64,000 nucleotides of DNA from an uncultured Candidatus Rokubacteria bacterium. Lineage in GTDB: Bacteria > Methylomirabilota > Methylomirabilia > Rokubacteriales > CSP1-6. Positions 51,635 to 62,439 of this stretch are shown piece after piece. The notes under the pieces were generated by a model that made no database searches, was not told the DNA's origin, and saw only the letters and a program-made list of their open reading frames with translations. Within the stretch, counting starts at the first letter, position 1; each line of letters begins with the position of its first letter. The stretch covers positions 256,001 to 320,000 of the forward strand of contig CAVWFS010000018.1 of the NCBI GenBank assembly GCA_963754315.1, given 5' to 3'. The position numbers and the translations under genes were made by a program.

Positions 51635-52549
51635 GTGCGGCTGGTTGCTACCCTTGTCGCCGCCGCGGCGCTGATCGGGGCGATAGGGGCGCTCGCCCTG
51701 CGCGGGCTCGCCGCGGCGCCGCATTCAGCAGCGCCATCGCTTCCGGGCCAGGCGCTCTACGTCATGCAGTGCGCCGTCTGCCACGGTGCGACCGGGAAGG
51801 GTGATGGACTATCAGCGAGCGGCTTTGCCACCAAGCCGTCGAACCTGACGGAGGGGAGGCGTCTCAACCAGCTTCCCGAAGAGTTCTTCGTGAATATCGT
51901 CCTCAACGGCGGGCCGGCAGAGGGGCTCTCACCCGGGATGCCTCCTTTTCGGGGCAACCTGAACGAAGGCCAGGTCCGCGAGATCACGGCCTACCTCCGG
52001 ACCTTGGCGGAACCCCCTTTCCGCCCTGGGGATCCCCAGCCGATCGCGACCGTGGCAGGAGCGCCGTCGCAGCCCATCTTCTTCAGCCATCTGATCCACG
52101 CTGGCTCCTATCGGATCGACTGCCAGTTCTGTCACACCGGCGCCCGCCGCTCGTCGCACGCAGGGATGCCATCGGTGGAGAAGTGCATGGGGTGTCACAA
52201 GATCATCGGTGCCCAGGACAACCCGGAGATCCGCAAGATTCATGGCTACTGGGAACGCCGTGAGCCGATTCCCTGGGTGCGCATCTTCCGGGTGCCCCAA
52301 TTCACGTACTTCTCGCACAAGCCCCACGTGCGGGCGGGTATCGCCTGCCAGAACTGCCATGGCCCGATCCAGCAGATGCGGGTGGTCGGGGCGAACACGG
52401 GGCCCTCCCTCGCCAACGACCTCCTGAACCTGATCGGGCTGCGACCGGCCGCGAGGCCTCTCTCCATGGGATGGTGCGTCGATTGCCATCGCGAGCAGAA
52501 CGCCAGGGGCAAGCAGGCCCCTCTCGATTGCGTGACCTGCCACCACTAG
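51635..52549 (+). CDS. Six-heme cytochrome c (monoheme domain plus ActA-like pentaheme domain)
   Basis: CAVCH, CQFCH, CMGCH, CQNCH, CVDCH, CVTCH; QPIFFSH..H, IPWVR, LSMGWC. Confidence 0.88.
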   Translation: MRLVATLVAAAALIGAIGALALRGLAAAPHSAAPSLPGQALYVMQCAVCHGATGKGDGLSASGFATKPSNLTEGRRLNQLPEEFFVNIVLNGGPAEGLSPGMPPFRGNLNEGQVREITAYLRTLAEPPFRPGDPQPIATVAGAPSQPIFFSHLIHAGSYRIDCQFCHTGARRSSHAGMPSVEKCMGCHKIIGAQDNPEIRKIHGYWERREPIPWVRIFRVPQFTYFSHKPHVRAGIACQNCHGPIQQMRVVGANTGPSLANDLLNLIGLRPAARPLSMGWCVDCHREQNARGKQAPLDCVTCHH

Positions 52550-52597
52550 TCTCGAGGTGGTACGATCCGATCTGGACGTCACTTCAGCAGAGGAGAG

Positions 52598-53791
52598 ATG
52601 ATGCAGCTCTCGCTCGACGGCATCCGCATCATCGACCTGTCGCGCGTCCTGGCCGGTCCGTTTTGCTGCGCCCTCCTGGGCGACATGGGGGCCGATGTGA
52701 TCAAGGTGGAGGACATGGCCAGCGGCGACGAGTCGCGCACGTGGCCGCCCCACCAGGACGGCGAATCGGCCGGCTTCATCGTCAACAACCGGAACAAGCG
52801 TGGCATCGCGATCGACCTGAAGACGGCTCCTGGCGTCGAGCTCGTCACCCGTCTGCTCCGCGGGGCGGACGTGGTGGTGGAGAACTTCCGCACCGGGACC
52901 ATGGAGCAATTTGGTCTGGGCTACGAGACCTTGGCGACCCTCAATCCGCGTCTCGTTTACTGCTCGATCTCCGCGTTCGGACGCCAGGGACCGCGGGCTC
53001 ACGAGGCCGGGTACGAGGCCCTCATGCAGGCCTTCAGCGGGATCATGAGCATCACCGGTGAGCCAGATGGGCCTCCCGTACGCTGCGGGGTCTCGTTTCT
53101 CGATTTGAGCACGGGCATCCTCTGCGCATTCGGCGTGGTCAACGCGCTGTTGCTGCGGGAGCGCACGGGGCGCGGTTCACGGGTCGACGGGTCGCTGCTG
53201 GAAACGGCCGTCGGGTTGCTCAACTTCCAGGCGGAGGGCAATCTGCTGGTGGGTAGCGTGCCGCGGGCCCTCGGTTCGGCGCATCCGTCGCTTTCGCCGT
53301 ACCGGAATTTCCGCTGCGGCGATGGGCAGTGGATCTTCATTGCGGGAGCCAACGACCGGCTCTTCCGGCGGCTCACCACCGCGCTGGGCCTGACCGCCAT
53401 GGCCGACGACCCTAGATTCGCCACCAATGTGGAGCGCGTGAGGCACCGCACGGAGCTGGAGACGACCCTCGCGGACGCGATTGCCCGCCACGATCGCGCG
53501 CAGCTCATGGAGATGCTCCACAAGCACGACGTGCCGGCGACCCCTGTCAACACCGTGCCGCAGGTTTTGCAGGATGCGCAGACCCAGGCTCTTGGCATTG
53601 TGCAACGTCTCGATCATCCGCGCCTGGGAGACATCCCGATTGTCAGCATGCCGCTGACGTTCTCCGGTGAGCGGCCACCCGTCCGACGAGCGGCGCCCGC
53701 TCGCGGTGAGCACACCGACAGCGTGCTAGAAGAGTTCGGCTATTCCGCGGCCGAGGTCGCCGCGCTTCGGGAGCAGAAGGTCGTCCGATGA
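52598..53791 (+). CDS. CoA-transferase family III (CaiB/BaiF)
   Basis: DLSRVLAGP, GADVIKVE, NRNKR, VENFR.G, GEHT. Confidence 0.93.
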   Translation: MMQLSLDGIRIIDLSRVLAGPFCCALLGDMGADVIKVEDMASGDESRTWPPHQDGESAGFIVNNRNKRGIAIDLKTAPGVELVTRLLRGADVVVENFRTGTMEQFGLGYETLATLNPRLVYCSISAFGRQGPRAHEAGYEALMQAFSGIMSITGEPDGPPVRCGVSFLDLSTGILCAFGVVNALLLRERTGRGSRVDGSLLETAVGLLNFQAEGNLLVGSVPRALGSAHPSLSPYRNFRCGDGQWIFIAGANDRLFRRLTTALGLTAMADDPRFATNVERVRHRTELETTLADAIARHDRAQLMEMLHKHDVPATPVNTVPQVLQDAQTQALGIVQRLDHPRLGDIPIVSMPLTFSGERPPVRRAAPARGEHTDSVLEEFGYSAAEVAALREQKVVR

Positions 53792-53804
53792 CGAGGACGT
53801 TCCC

Positions 53805-54380
53805 GTGAAGGTGGCCCTGGCCGCCCTGCTCGGACTGGTCCTGCTCTGTCCGGCCCCGGCCGTCTCGCAGATCTACCAGTGGACCGACGCCGCCGGTGTT
53901 GTGCACTACACGACCAATCCAGACAGCATCCCCGGGCAGCACCTTGATGAGGTCCGGATCATCGATGCCTGGCGTCCGCCGGGGGACCCCACGCCGCCAA
54001 GTGGGCCGGGGGCGACCATCCCGATGAGGGGCGGGGGACCGATCATGGTGACGGCGCACCTGAACGGCGTTCCCCTGACCCTGATGCTCGACACGGGCGC
54101 CGACCGCACGATGTTGGCGCCGGGAGCACTCACCCGGGCCGGCGTGGATCAGGGGTCGGGACGCCGCGTGAGAATCATCGGGGTGACCGGCGAGAGCGAG
54201 GGGCGAGAGGTTACCCTGGCCCGGCTCGATATCGCCGGGGCCCAGCTCGGCCCGGTAGCGGTCGTAGTTCACCAGGTGCCGGCGCCCGAGGTGGACGGCT
54301 TGCTCGGCCGCGACCTGCTCGACGCCTTCACCGTCACCGTCGACCCGGTCGGCGGCCGCGCGATCCTGACCCCGCGCTAG
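53805..54380 (+). CDS. DUF4124 plus retropepsin-like aspartyl protease, exported
   Basis: IYQWTD..G..HYT, LDTGA, GLLGRD. Confidence 0.85.
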   Translation: MKVALAALLGLVLLCPAPAVSQIYQWTDAAGVVHYTTNPDSIPGQHLDEVRIIDAWRPPGDPTPPSGPGATIPMRGGGPIMVTAHLNGVPLTLMLDTGADRTMLAPGALTRAGVDQGSGRRVRIIGVTGESEGREVTLARLDIAGAQLGPVAVVVHQVPAPEVDGLLGRDLLDAFTVTVDPVGGRAILTPR

Positions 54381-54397
54381 GCCCGCGCGCGACGCGG

Positions 54398-55306
54398 CTA
54401 GGCCCCGGGTTTGGCGCTCGGAGTCAGGCCGCTCATCGCAGCCAGCACGTCGAAGACAACAGCGAAGTCGAAATGCCCTACCCCGAGGCCACGCGCGGCC
54501 GTCATCATCTCCTGAGCGATGCCCGTCGCGGGGAGGGGCACGCCGAGGCTGCGCCCAAGCTCAAGGGCAAGGCCGAGATCCTTCTGGATCATTGGCACAT
54601 CGAAGAGCGCCTCGGCGGGCATCTGCAGGACGAACGGGCCGCGGTATTTCACCATCGGTGACGCCACCACGCTGCGCAGCAGGGTCTGCACCGCCCGCTC
54701 GCGCGAGATTCCTGCCTTCTCGGCGAGTGCCACCGCCTCGCTGAACGCCAGCATCTGCACGGCGAGCCCCAGATTGGTGGCAATCTTCATGGTGGTGGCG
54801 AGGCCGATCTCGCCGACGTGGGTGATGGTAGGGCCGATGGCAGTGAGGTATGAGCGGACACGCTCGAGGACAGCCGGATCGCCGCCCACCATGAACGAGA
54901 GCTGGCCCGCTTCGAGGGTGATTGGACTGCCCGAAACCGGGGCCGCTAGCATGGCGGCCCCGGCCCGTGCGACCTTCTCCGCCAACGCGCGCGAAGCCTG
55001 CGGGCTGACCGTGCTCATGTCGATGAGAACCGCTCCCGGTCGGAGTCCGGCCAGGATGCCGTCGGCGCCCTCGGTGACCGCCTCGAGCGCCGCGGGATCG
55101 GTGACCATCGTGAAGGTCGCTTCCGCGTCAGCCGCCACCTCGCGCGGTGTGGCTGCGAGGCGCAGCCCCGCTTCGGTGAGCCAGCGGGCTTTCGCCGCGG
55201 TGCGGTTGTAGCCGATCACGGTGTAGCCGGCGTCCAGAAGGCGCTTGGCCATGCGCCCTCCCATGGCCCCAAGGCCGACGAAGCCGAGCGCGATCGCGTC
55301 GCTCAT
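54398..55306 (-). CDS. 3-hydroxyisobutyrate dehydrogenase / tartronate semialdehyde reductase family
   Basis: GFVGLGAMG, DMSTVSP, APVSG, KIATN, KDL. Confidence 0.9.
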   Translation of the reverse strand: MSDAIALGFVGLGAMGGRMAKRLLDAGYTVIGYNRTAAKARWLTEAGLRLAATPREVAADAEATFTMVTDPAALEAVTEGADGILAGLRPGAVLIDMSTVSPQASRALAEKVARAGAAMLAAPVSGSPITLEAGQLSFMVGGDPAVLERVRSYLTAIGPTITHVGEIGLATTMKIATNLGLAVQMLAFSEAVALAEKAGISRERAVQTLLRSVVASPMVKYRGPFVLQMPAEALFDVPMIQKDLGLALELGRSLGVPLPATGIAQEMMTAARGLGVGHFDFAVVFDVLAAMSGLTPSAKPGA

Positions 55307-55779
55307 CGCTTCCGGCGCCCGGGCCTCCGGCCTGAACGGGTCCGGGCGCTTCGACCGGGCACCACAGCGATGGCGCTGATCTCGAGCTTGCACCGTGCGT
55401 GAGTGGCTAGCCGTGCCACCTCGACCGTGGTTGTGGTGGGCAGATGCCCCCCCAGGAACGTAGCCCACACACGATTGAGGTCGTCCTGCTCGCTCACGTC
55501 GGTGAGATAGCGTGTCACGAATACAAGATCGCTCAAGGTGCCCCCGGCGGCCTCGACGGTTTTCTTGAGGTTTTCCATGGCCAGCACTGCCTGCTCGCGC
55601 ATGGACGCGGGTAAGTCGAATTCCTCGTCGCGATGCGGATGGCTATGGTAGACGGGGGCCGCGGTCACACCGGCTAGAAAGACGAGGCTCCCGCCCCGGA
55701 CTGCAATGGCCGGCGCGTACGGCATGATCACGTCAGTGCGCCGATCGGCGTGATGAACGATCTCGAGGTGCTTTGCCAT
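55303..55779 (-). CDS. RidA/YjgF family protein (second paralog)
   Basis: PYAPAI, VFLAG, PTTTTVEV, LEISAIA; GAGG RBS. Confidence 0.8.
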   Translation of the reverse strand: MAKHLEIVHHADRRTDVIMPYAPAIAVRGGSLVFLAGVTAAPVYHSHPHRDEEFDLPASMREQAVLAMENLKKTVEAAGGTLSDLVFVTRYLTDVSEQDDLNRVWATFLGGHLPTTTTVEVARLATHARCKLEISAIAVVPGRSARTRSGRRPGRRKR

Positions 55780-55863
55780 CGCCTCCTCCCGCTGGCGTCG
55801 CATCCTAGCACGCCGCACGGGACCGTTGACCCGACCCGCCAGCACGGCTACCCTCCTGAGGGT

Positions 55864-56670
55864 ATGGACGTACTTCATGGGCGGGTGGCCGTCGTGACCG
55901 GTGGTGGCTCGGGGATAGGCCGAGCCCTGGCCGAGGCGCTCGCCCGGGAGGGCGCTCGTCTCGTGGTGGCCGACGTGGAAGAAGCGGCGGCCACCGGGGT
56001 TGCGGAGGGAATTCGCAGGCACGGCGGTGACGCCATCGCCGTGCGGACCGACGTGAGCGATCTCGGGCAGGTGAGGGCGCTGGCTGATCGTGCCTTTTCA
56101 CACTTCGGGAGTGTCCACGTTCTCTGTAACAACGCCGGGGTGGCCTTGCAGGGCGCGTTGCAAGACGCCACTCACAAGGACTGGCAGTGGGTGCTCGGTG
56201 TCAACCTGTGGGGCGTCATCCATGGCCTCGAGGCGTTCTTGCCTCGCATGATCGCGCAGGGGCAACCCGGCCATATCGTCAACACCGGCTCCATGGCCGG
56301 GCTCATCGCATCGCAGGGGCTCGGAATCTACAACGCCTCGAAGTATGCCGTGGTCGGAATCTCGGAGACCCTCGTGAAGGACCTTCGCCCTCATGGCATC
56401 GGGGTGAGTGTGCTTTGCCCCATGGGCGTCTCCACTCGGATCGGGCAGAGCGGGCGCAACCGTCCCGCTCATCTCCGCAACGCCGAAGAGCGCGCGGTGG
56501 CCGAGGTGGAGCTGATCGGCAAGTATCTCGAGCCCGAGAGCGTGGCTGCCATGACGGTGGCGGCCATCCGCGCCAACCGGCTGTACGTCCTCACTCACGA
56601 CGAGAGCCTCGAACCACTGCGCCGTCGGTTCCAGCGTCTCCAGCAGGCGATCCTCGATCGACCTCGCTAG
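55864..56670 (+). CDS. SDR family oxidoreductase
   Basis: TGGGSGIG, NNAG, YNASK. Confidence 0.92.
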   Translation: MDVLHGRVAVVTGGGSGIGRALAEALAREGARLVVADVEEAAATGVAEGIRRHGGDAIAVRTDVSDLGQVRALADRAFSHFGSVHVLCNNAGVALQGALQDATHKDWQWVLGVNLWGVIHGLEAFLPRMIAQGQPGHIVNTGSMAGLIASQGLGIYNASKYAVVGISETLVKDLRPHGIGVSVLCPMGVSTRIGQSGRNRPAHLRNAEERAVAEVELIGKYLEPESVAAMTVAAIRANRLYVLTHDESLEPLRRRFQRLQQAILDRPR

Positions 56671-57841
56671 CCCCGCTCCGGACGCGCCTGCCTGGTCCTG
56701 GGTCAGGACCACTGACGAGCTGGAACGCCTAGCTCGACGCCTGGCCCTGGCGGGGGAGATCGCCCTCGACACCGAGGGGGACAGTCTCCATCACTATCCC
56801 GCGCGCCTCTCGCTCGTGCAGATTGGCATCAGCACGGGTGAGGTATGGCTGATCGACTCGCTGGCCTTGCCCGATCTCGGCCCGCTGGCTCGGATTTTCG
56901 CGGAGCCAGCACAGCTCACCGTGGTGCACGCGGGTGACAACGATCTGGCTCATCTCAAGCGGCGCCACGGTCTCACCTTCGCCGGGCTGTTCGATACGTC
57001 GATCGCCGCCCGCTTTCTCGGTCTCCGCGCCCTCGGCCTGGACGTTCTTATCGCGGAGTATCTTGGGGTTGGGGTGCAACTGCCACCGTCCCGCCAAAAG
57101 GACGATTGGTCGGCGCGTCCTCTGTCCCTCGCCCAGGAGCACTATGCGGCCTCCGACGTCCAGCACCTCATTCCCCTGAAGAATCGGCTCGTGGAGGAGC
57201 TTCAGCGCATAGGCCGGCTCACGTGGGTCGAAGAGGAATGCGAGGCGCTCGCCGCCGACCCGGCTCTCGAGGCTCCCCCTGACCCGGAGGCGTACGCGAA
57301 CCTCAAAGGCGCGCGCGAACTGTCGACGCGGGGTCTGGCCGTTTTGCGCGCACTCTACGAGATGCGGGACCGCCTGGCCCTCGAGACCCGCCGGCCGCCG
57401 TTCAAGATCATCTCGAACGAGACGCTTCTGCTGGTCGCGACGGCCCTGCCGGGTGACGAGTCGGCCCTGGGCGCCATTGCCGGGTTCACGCCGCGCGCCG
57501 TCCAGCGCTGGGGAGCGGCCGTGCTGGGCGCGGTGAAGGAAGCGCTCGACTGCCCCGAGGCGGAGCTGCCCCAGCTGACACGACCGCGCCGGCCCCAGAT
57601 CGATGGCCCCACGCGGCGGCGGATCGAGGTGCTTCGTGGGTGGCGATCCACGGCGGCGCCGCGTCTTGGGTTGGATCCAGGAGTGGTTTTGCCGAATCGG
57701 CTGATCGGCGAGGTGGCCAGGATGGCGCCTCGCGATCGCACCGAGCTCGCGCGCGTAGACGGCTTGCGACAGTGGCGGGCCGACGTCCTGGGCGACGAAA
57801 TTCTGGAAACCCTCGCCCGAGGCTCCTCACGATCGGCTTGA
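56657..57841 (+). CDS. rnd: Ribonuclease D (3-5 exonuclease plus HRDC); start codon uncertain
   Basis: IALDTEGDSLHHY upstream of the ORF-track start; FDT.IAA, DWSARPL, YAASDV, HRDC domains. Confidence 0.85.
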   Translation: MDLASPAPDAPAWSWVRTTDELERLARRLALAGEIALDTEGDSLHHYPARLSLVQIGISTGEVWLIDSLALPDLGPLARIFAEPAQLTVVHAGDNDLAHLKRRHGLTFAGLFDTSIAARFLGLRALGLDVLIAEYLGVGVQLPPSRQKDDWSARPLSLAQEHYAASDVQHLIPLKNRLVEELQRIGRLTWVEEECEALAADPALEAPPDPEAYANLKGARELSTRGLAVLRALYEMRDRLALETRRPPFKIISNETLLLVATALPGDESALGAIAGFTPRAVQRWGAAVLGAVKEALDCPEAELPQLTRPRRPQIDGPTRRRIEVLRGWRSTAAPRLGLDPGVVLPNRLIGEVARMAPRDRTELARVDGLRQWRADVLGDEILETLARGSSRSA

Positions 57842-57864
57842 GACTCCCTGTAGGATAGGAACAC

Positions 57865-58308
57865 ATGGGTGATTGGCGAGCAAACCTGGTCGATGACGAT
57901 TCCGGTCTGGCGCGAATCTTTCGCGAGACCAAGCGCGTTGCGGTGCTCGGAGCCAAGGCCGAGCGGGGGCAGCCCGCGTTTTATGTACCAGCCTATCTGC
58001 AGGCGCAGGGCTTCGAGCTATCCCTGGTGAACCCGAAGCTCGGCGGCCGAGAGGTGCTAGGTGTTCGGTCGGTGGCAAGGCTGGCCGATCTCGACGGGGC
58101 CGACGTGGTTGACGTGTTCCGACGTCCGGAATTCTTGCCCGGGCATGCCGCGGAGATCCTGGCCCTCCCGTGGCGCCCCCTCGTGGTCTGGTTCCAGCTC
58201 GGAATCCGCCACGACGGGGCGGCCGAGCAGCTCGCGCGGGCCGGCATGCGGGTCGTGCAGGATCGCTGCATGATGCCCGAGCATCGCCGACTCGTGGGCT
58301 CCCGGTAA
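57865..58308 (+). CDS. CoA-binding domain protein
   Basis: VAVLGA, VNP, VDVFRR, WFQLGI, VVQDRC. Confidence 0.9.
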   Translation: MGDWRANLVDDDSGLARIFRETKRVAVLGAKAERGQPAFYVPAYLQAQGFELSLVNPKLGGREVLGVRSVARLADLDGADVVDVFRRPEFLPGHAAEILALPWRPLVVWFQLGIRHDGAAEQLARAGMRVVQDRCMMPEHRRLVGSR

Positions 58309-58313
58309 CGCAC

Positions 58314-59993
58314 ATGGCGCATCAGTTCGTGTACGTCATGAAGGATCTGCGCAAGGTCGTTCCCCCGAAGCGCGAGATCCTGAGGGGGATCTGGCTCTCC
58401 TTTCTGCCCGGCGCCAAGATCGGCGTGTTGGGGGCGAACGGCGCGGGCAAGAGCTCCCTGCTCCGCATCATGGCCGGAGTGGACGACGACTTCCTCGGTG
58501 AAGCGTTCGCTGCCGACGGGCTCCGCGTCGGGTTCCTGCCGCAGGAGCCCCAGCTTGACCCGACCATGGACGTGCGGGGCAACGTCGAGGAAGCGGTGGC
58601 GGAAACGCGTGCTCTGCTACGGCGCTTCGAGGAGATCAGCACGAGGCTCGGCGAACCGGTCGAGGCCGACGAGATGGAAAGGCTCCTGGACGAGCAGGCG
58701 CGCCTGCAAGACTCGATCGACGCGGCGGGGGCCTGGGACCTCGATCGCACGGTCGATATTGCGATGGATGCCCTGCGGTGTCCGCCTGGCGACGCCGAGG
58801 TCGCGACGCTTTCGGGCGGCGAGCGGCGCCGAGTCGCTCTCTGCCGGCTGCTGCTCGAGAAGCCCGACATGTTGCTGCTCGACGAGCCGACCAATCACCT
58901 CGATGCCGAGTCGGTGGCCTGGATCGAACGCTATCTGAAGGAGTATGGGGGCACGGTGGTGGCCGTCACCCACGACCGCTATTTCCTCGACAACGTGGCC
59001 GGTTGGATCCTCGAACTGGACCGCGGCCACGGCATTCCGTGGGAGGGCAACTACTCATCCTGGCTCGAGCAGAAGCAACAGCGACTGGAGCAGGAGGAAA
59101 AGGCCGACCTCGCCCGCCAGCGGACGTTGGCGCGCGAGCTCGAGTGGGTGCGCCTGGCCCCACGCGCGCGGCAGGCGAAGAGCAAGGCGCGCCTGGCCGC
59201 CTACGACACAATGGTCAGCGAGTCGTTCGAGCAGCGCGCGACGGCCCTCGAGATTGCCATCCCGCCAGGTCCGCGCCTCGGCGACGTGGTGGTGGAGGCG
59301 GATCACCTCGCGAAAGGATACGGTGATCGCATCTTGATCGACGACCTCAGCTTCAAGCTCCCGCGCGGAGGGATCGTGGGCGTCATCGGTCCTAACGGAG
59401 CCGGCAAGACCACGCTCTTCCGGATGATCACTGGCCAGGAGAAGCCGGACCGCGGAAGCCTGCGCGTGGGCGAGACGGTGCAGCTGGCCTACGTCGACCA
59501 GAGCCGGGACATCCTGGACGCCAAGAAGAACGTGTGGGAGGAGATCTCCGACGGGCAGGACACGCTCACCCTGGGTGGGCGCACCATGGCCTCGCGCGCG
59601 TACGTGGCGGCCTTCAACTTCAAGGGCTCGGACCAGCAGAAGAAGGTCGGCACCCTCTCCGGCGGTGAGCGCAACCGCCTGCACCTCGCCAAGATGCTGA
59701 AGAGCGGCGGCAACCTCCTGCTCCTCGACGAGCCCACCAACGACCTCGACGTCGACACCCTGCGCGCTCTGGAGGATGCCCTCTTGAGCTTCGCGGGCTG
59801 CGCGGTGGTCATCAGCCATGATCGCTGGTTCCTCGATCGCATCGCCACCCACATGCTGGCCTTCGAGGACGAGGGCCAGGTGGTGTGGTTCGAGGGGAAC
59901 TACGCCGACTACGAGGCCGACCGCAAGCGGCGTCTCGGCGCGGAGGCCGACCAGCCCCACCGCCTGCGCTACAAGCGTCTGCACCGCGGGTAG
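58314..59993 (+). CDS. ettA: Energy-dependent translational throttle ABC-F protein
   Basis: Two ABC domains; [37 protein letters not shown]. Confidence 0.96.
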   Translation: MAHQFVYVMKDLRKVVPPKREILRGIWLSFLPGAKIGVLGANGAGKSSLLRIMAGVDDDFLGEAFAADGLRVGFLPQEPQLDPTMDVRGNVEEAVAETRALLRRFEEISTRLGEPVEADEMERLLDEQARLQDSIDAAGAWDLDRTVDIAMDALRCPPGDAEVATLSGGERRRVALCRLLLEKPDMLLLDEPTNHLDAESVAWIERYLKEYGGTVVAVTHDRYFLDNVAGWILELDRGHGIPWEGNYSSWLEQKQQRLEQEEKADLARQRTLARELEWVRLAPRARQAKSKARLAAYDTMVSESFEQRATALEIAIPPGPRLGDVVVEADHLAKGYGDRILIDDLSFKLPRGGIVGVIGPNGAGKTTLFRMITGQEKPDRGSLRVGETVQLAYVDQSRDILDAKKNVWEEISDGQDTLTLGGRTMASRAYVAAFNFKGSDQQKKVGTLSGGERNRLHLAKMLKSGGNLLLLDEPTNDLDVDTLRALEDALLSFAGCAVVISHDRWFLDRIATHMLAFEDEGQVVWFEGNYADYEADRKRRLGAEADQPHRLRYKRLHRG

Positions 59994-60039
59994 CGGCCAA
60001 CTGTCAGCGGGCCGCGCAGAGGCGAGTCAGGACCAACCG

Positions 60040-60834
60040 GTGAGACCCGGGCTGCTGTTCGAAACGAGTCTGGTCGTGATCCTGGTCGCCCTGGTGGGGG
60101 CGTCTCTGCTCGCCGCGGAGGCGGGCTTCCGCCTCGGGCGCCGTCACCGCCGGTTGCGGGGCGACGCCGGGAGAGCCAACGTGAGCACCTTGCAGGGGGC
60201 GCTCCTCGGGTTGCTCGCCCTCCTGCTCGGATTCTCGTTCGCCATGGCCCACTCTCGCTTCGACACGCGAAAACTGCTGGTCCTGCAGGAAGCCAACGCC
60301 ATCGGCACGGCGATCCTGCGCGCGCAGCTTCTCCCGGCCCCCGAAGGACAGCAGGTCGCGGATCTCTTTCGCCAGTACGTGGAAGTCCGGCTCGTATTTC
60401 ACGAGGCTGGCCTCGACGAGGGTAAGCTGCGCTATGCGCTGGCGGAGACGAACCGGCTCCAGGCCGAGCTGTGGGCCCGCACCGTGACGGCGGTGGAACG
60501 GTCGCCCCGGCCTGCCACCACGGGGCTGTTCGTGCAGGCCGTGAACGCGGTGATCGATCTGCACGCGATGCGGGTGAATGCGATGAGGAATCACATCCCT
60601 GAGGGTGTGCTCTGGCTGTTGTACTTCGTCACAGTGCTTGCCATGGGCATGACTGGCTACGGCTCGGGGCTTGGGGGGGATCGGAATACCTGGCCCACCG
60701 TCACCACAGCCGTCCTCATCTCGGTCGTGGTCGTCGTGATCATGGATCTCGACCGGCCACGCCGTGGCTTCATAACGGTCGGTCAGTCGAGCATGCTGGA
60801 TCTTCGGGAGAGCCTGCGGCGACCGGCCCCCTGA
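60040..60834 (+). CDS. Membrane protein (DUF4239/bestrophin-like)
   Basis: LLALLLGFSFAMA..RFD.R, EANAIGTA, DLDRPRRG. Confidence 0.75.
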   Translation: MRPGLLFETSLVVILVALVGASLLAAEAGFRLGRRHRRLRGDAGRANVSTLQGALLGLLALLLGFSFAMAHSRFDTRKLLVLQEANAIGTAILRAQLLPAPEGQQVADLFRQYVEVRLVFHEAGLDEGKLRYALAETNRLQAELWARTVTAVERSPRPATTGLFVQAVNAVIDLHAMRVNAMRNHIPEGVLWLLYFVTVLAMGMTGYGSGLGGDRNTWPTVTTAVLISVVVVVIMDLDRPRRGFITVGQSSMLDLRESLRRPAP

Positions 60835-61489
60835 CTGTACGCGCCCGGGGTCGCAACCGGCTGGCGCACACGAGGATGTTGTCGGCTTCCCGTCGCACGC
60901 GATAGAGACGGATCTCCGCGAAGGCTGACGCGAGTGCGCGTGCTGTGTCGCGCGCGTGCAGGCGACGATGGCGGTTCACGACAAGGACACCCCGGCGGCT
61001 GAGAAGCCTGGCCAGGCTCAGAGCCAGGGGAATCGAGCGCTCTGCCGTCTGGTCGTACGTGCAGTCCTCCATGATGAAGTCGAAGCGCCCCCGCCTGCGG
61101 AGGAGTGCAGCCACCGCCGTCTCGGCCTCAGCGCAGAGAAACTCGAGGCCCGGCATGTCGCCGAGGCCAAACCAGCGCTGAGCGATGCCCACGATGAGGG
61201 GGTCCCGCTCGATCGCCGTCACGTGGCGTGGCCTCACTTGCTGACGCAAGAGGTGGAGCTGGGTCCCGCCCCCCAGGCCCACGAAGAGCACGGAAGGGCG
61301 CGGCGGCAACTCACCCAGGGCGAGCGCTTCACCCCAGTACTCCAGCCGCGCACGCGTCCAGTCTCCGTCACGCGCGTAGGTCGAGAGGACGGAGCCGTCG
61401 ATGACGAGCCGCCGATCGGAGCCAACGTCGATCACCTTGACGAGGCCCGAGAGCGGCGAGTGCGTTTGGTAGACGATGCGTCGGTTCAC
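60770..61489 (-). CDS. Spermidine synthase-like SAM-dependent transferase
   Basis: RRLVIDG, VGLGGG, IERDP, FDFIMED, GVLVVN. Confidence 0.78.
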   Translation of the reverse strand: MNRRIVYQTHSPLSGLVKVIDVGSDRRLVIDGSVLSTYARDGDWTRARLEYWGEALALGELPPRPSVLFVGLGGGTQLHLLRQQVRPRHVTAIERDPLIVGIAQRWFGLGDMPGLEFLCAEAETAVAALLRRRGRFDFIMEDCTYDQTAERSIPLALSLARLLSRRGVLVVNRHRRLHARDTARALASAFAEIRLYRVRREADNILVCASRLRPRARTVRGPVAAGSPEDPACSTDRPL

Positions 61490-61508
61490 TCGGGGCGGGG
61501 GTCTCCGT

Positions 61509-62276
61509 TCATCGCGGTGCCATGCGGATGGCCCCATCGAGCCGGATCGTCTCCGCGTTGAGCATGACGTTCTCGATGATGTGGGCGGCGAGGGCCGCGT
61601 ACTCGTCGGGACGGCCCAGCCGTGACGGGAACGGCACCTGCTTGCCCAGCGAGAGCCGTACTGGCTCGGGCAAGGTGGCCAGCATGGGCGTCTCGAAGAT
61701 GCCAGGGGCGATGGTGACCACCCTGATACCGAGCTCGGCGAGATCGCGCGCGATGGGCAAGGTCATACCGACCACACCGCCCTTGGAGGCCGAGTACGCC
61801 GCCTGTCCGACCTGCCCGTCGAAGGCGGCCACCGACGCGGTGTTGATCATGACGCCACGCTCTCCGTCCTCGGTGGGCGCATTCCTGGCCATGAGGACGG
61901 CGGCCAGCCGGATGCAGTTGAACGTCCCGATCAGGTTGATCTGGATGACCCGGGCGAACTCTTCCAGCTTGGCTGGTCCGGAACGGCCCAGGGTCTTCAT
62001 GGCGGTGCCCACCCCCGCGCAATTCACGAGGACGTTCAACGCGCCCAGACGGTCGTGGGCTGCCTTGAGGGCAGCCTCCACCTCGTCGCCGCTGGTCACG
62101 TCGGCGGCGACGAAGACGGCGGAAGGTCCCAGGGCGCGCGCAACCTCGGCCCCAGCCGACGTTGCCCGGTCGAGGATGGCCACACGCCCGCCAGCGGCAA
62201 CCAGGTGAGCGGCGGTGGCCCGGCCTAGCCCCGAGGCTCCGCCTGTGACGACCGCGCTGACAGACTTGAGCTGCAT
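61509..62276 (-). CDS. 3-hydroxyacyl-CoA dehydrogenase (HSD17B10-type SDR)
   Basis: [46 protein letters not shown]. Confidence 0.93.
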   Translation of the reverse strand: MQLKSVSAVVTGGASGLGRATAAHLVAAGGRVAILDRATSAGAEVARALGPSAVFVAADVTSGDEVEAALKAAHDRLGALNVLVNCAGVGTAMKTLGRSGPAKLEEFARVIQINLIGTFNCIRLAAVLMARNAPTEDGERGVMINTASVAAFDGQVGQAAYSASKGGVVGMTLPIARDLAELGIRVVTIAPGIFETPMLATLPEPVRLSLGKQVPFPSRLGRPDEYAALAAHIIENVMLNAETIRLDGAIRMAPR

Positions 62277-62439
62277 CGTGTCCTCCTGCATCGGATGATC
62301 GGCAGTTCTGATCGGCAGTTCTATGTAGCACGGTCGGGAGGGGATGTTCGAGCCGGTCTGGGGACCGGGCGCCCCTGACCCCTGTATGTCGAGTGGTACC
62401 TGATTCTCGAGCACAACATGTGCCCGCTTGTCACATTAG

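Noticed and set aside
60770..60834. Convergent 3-prime overlaps (also 41436-41487) as designed antisense regulation
   Set aside because: Short overlaps with low-complexity tails are common at high GC and may come from indel errors near the true stops
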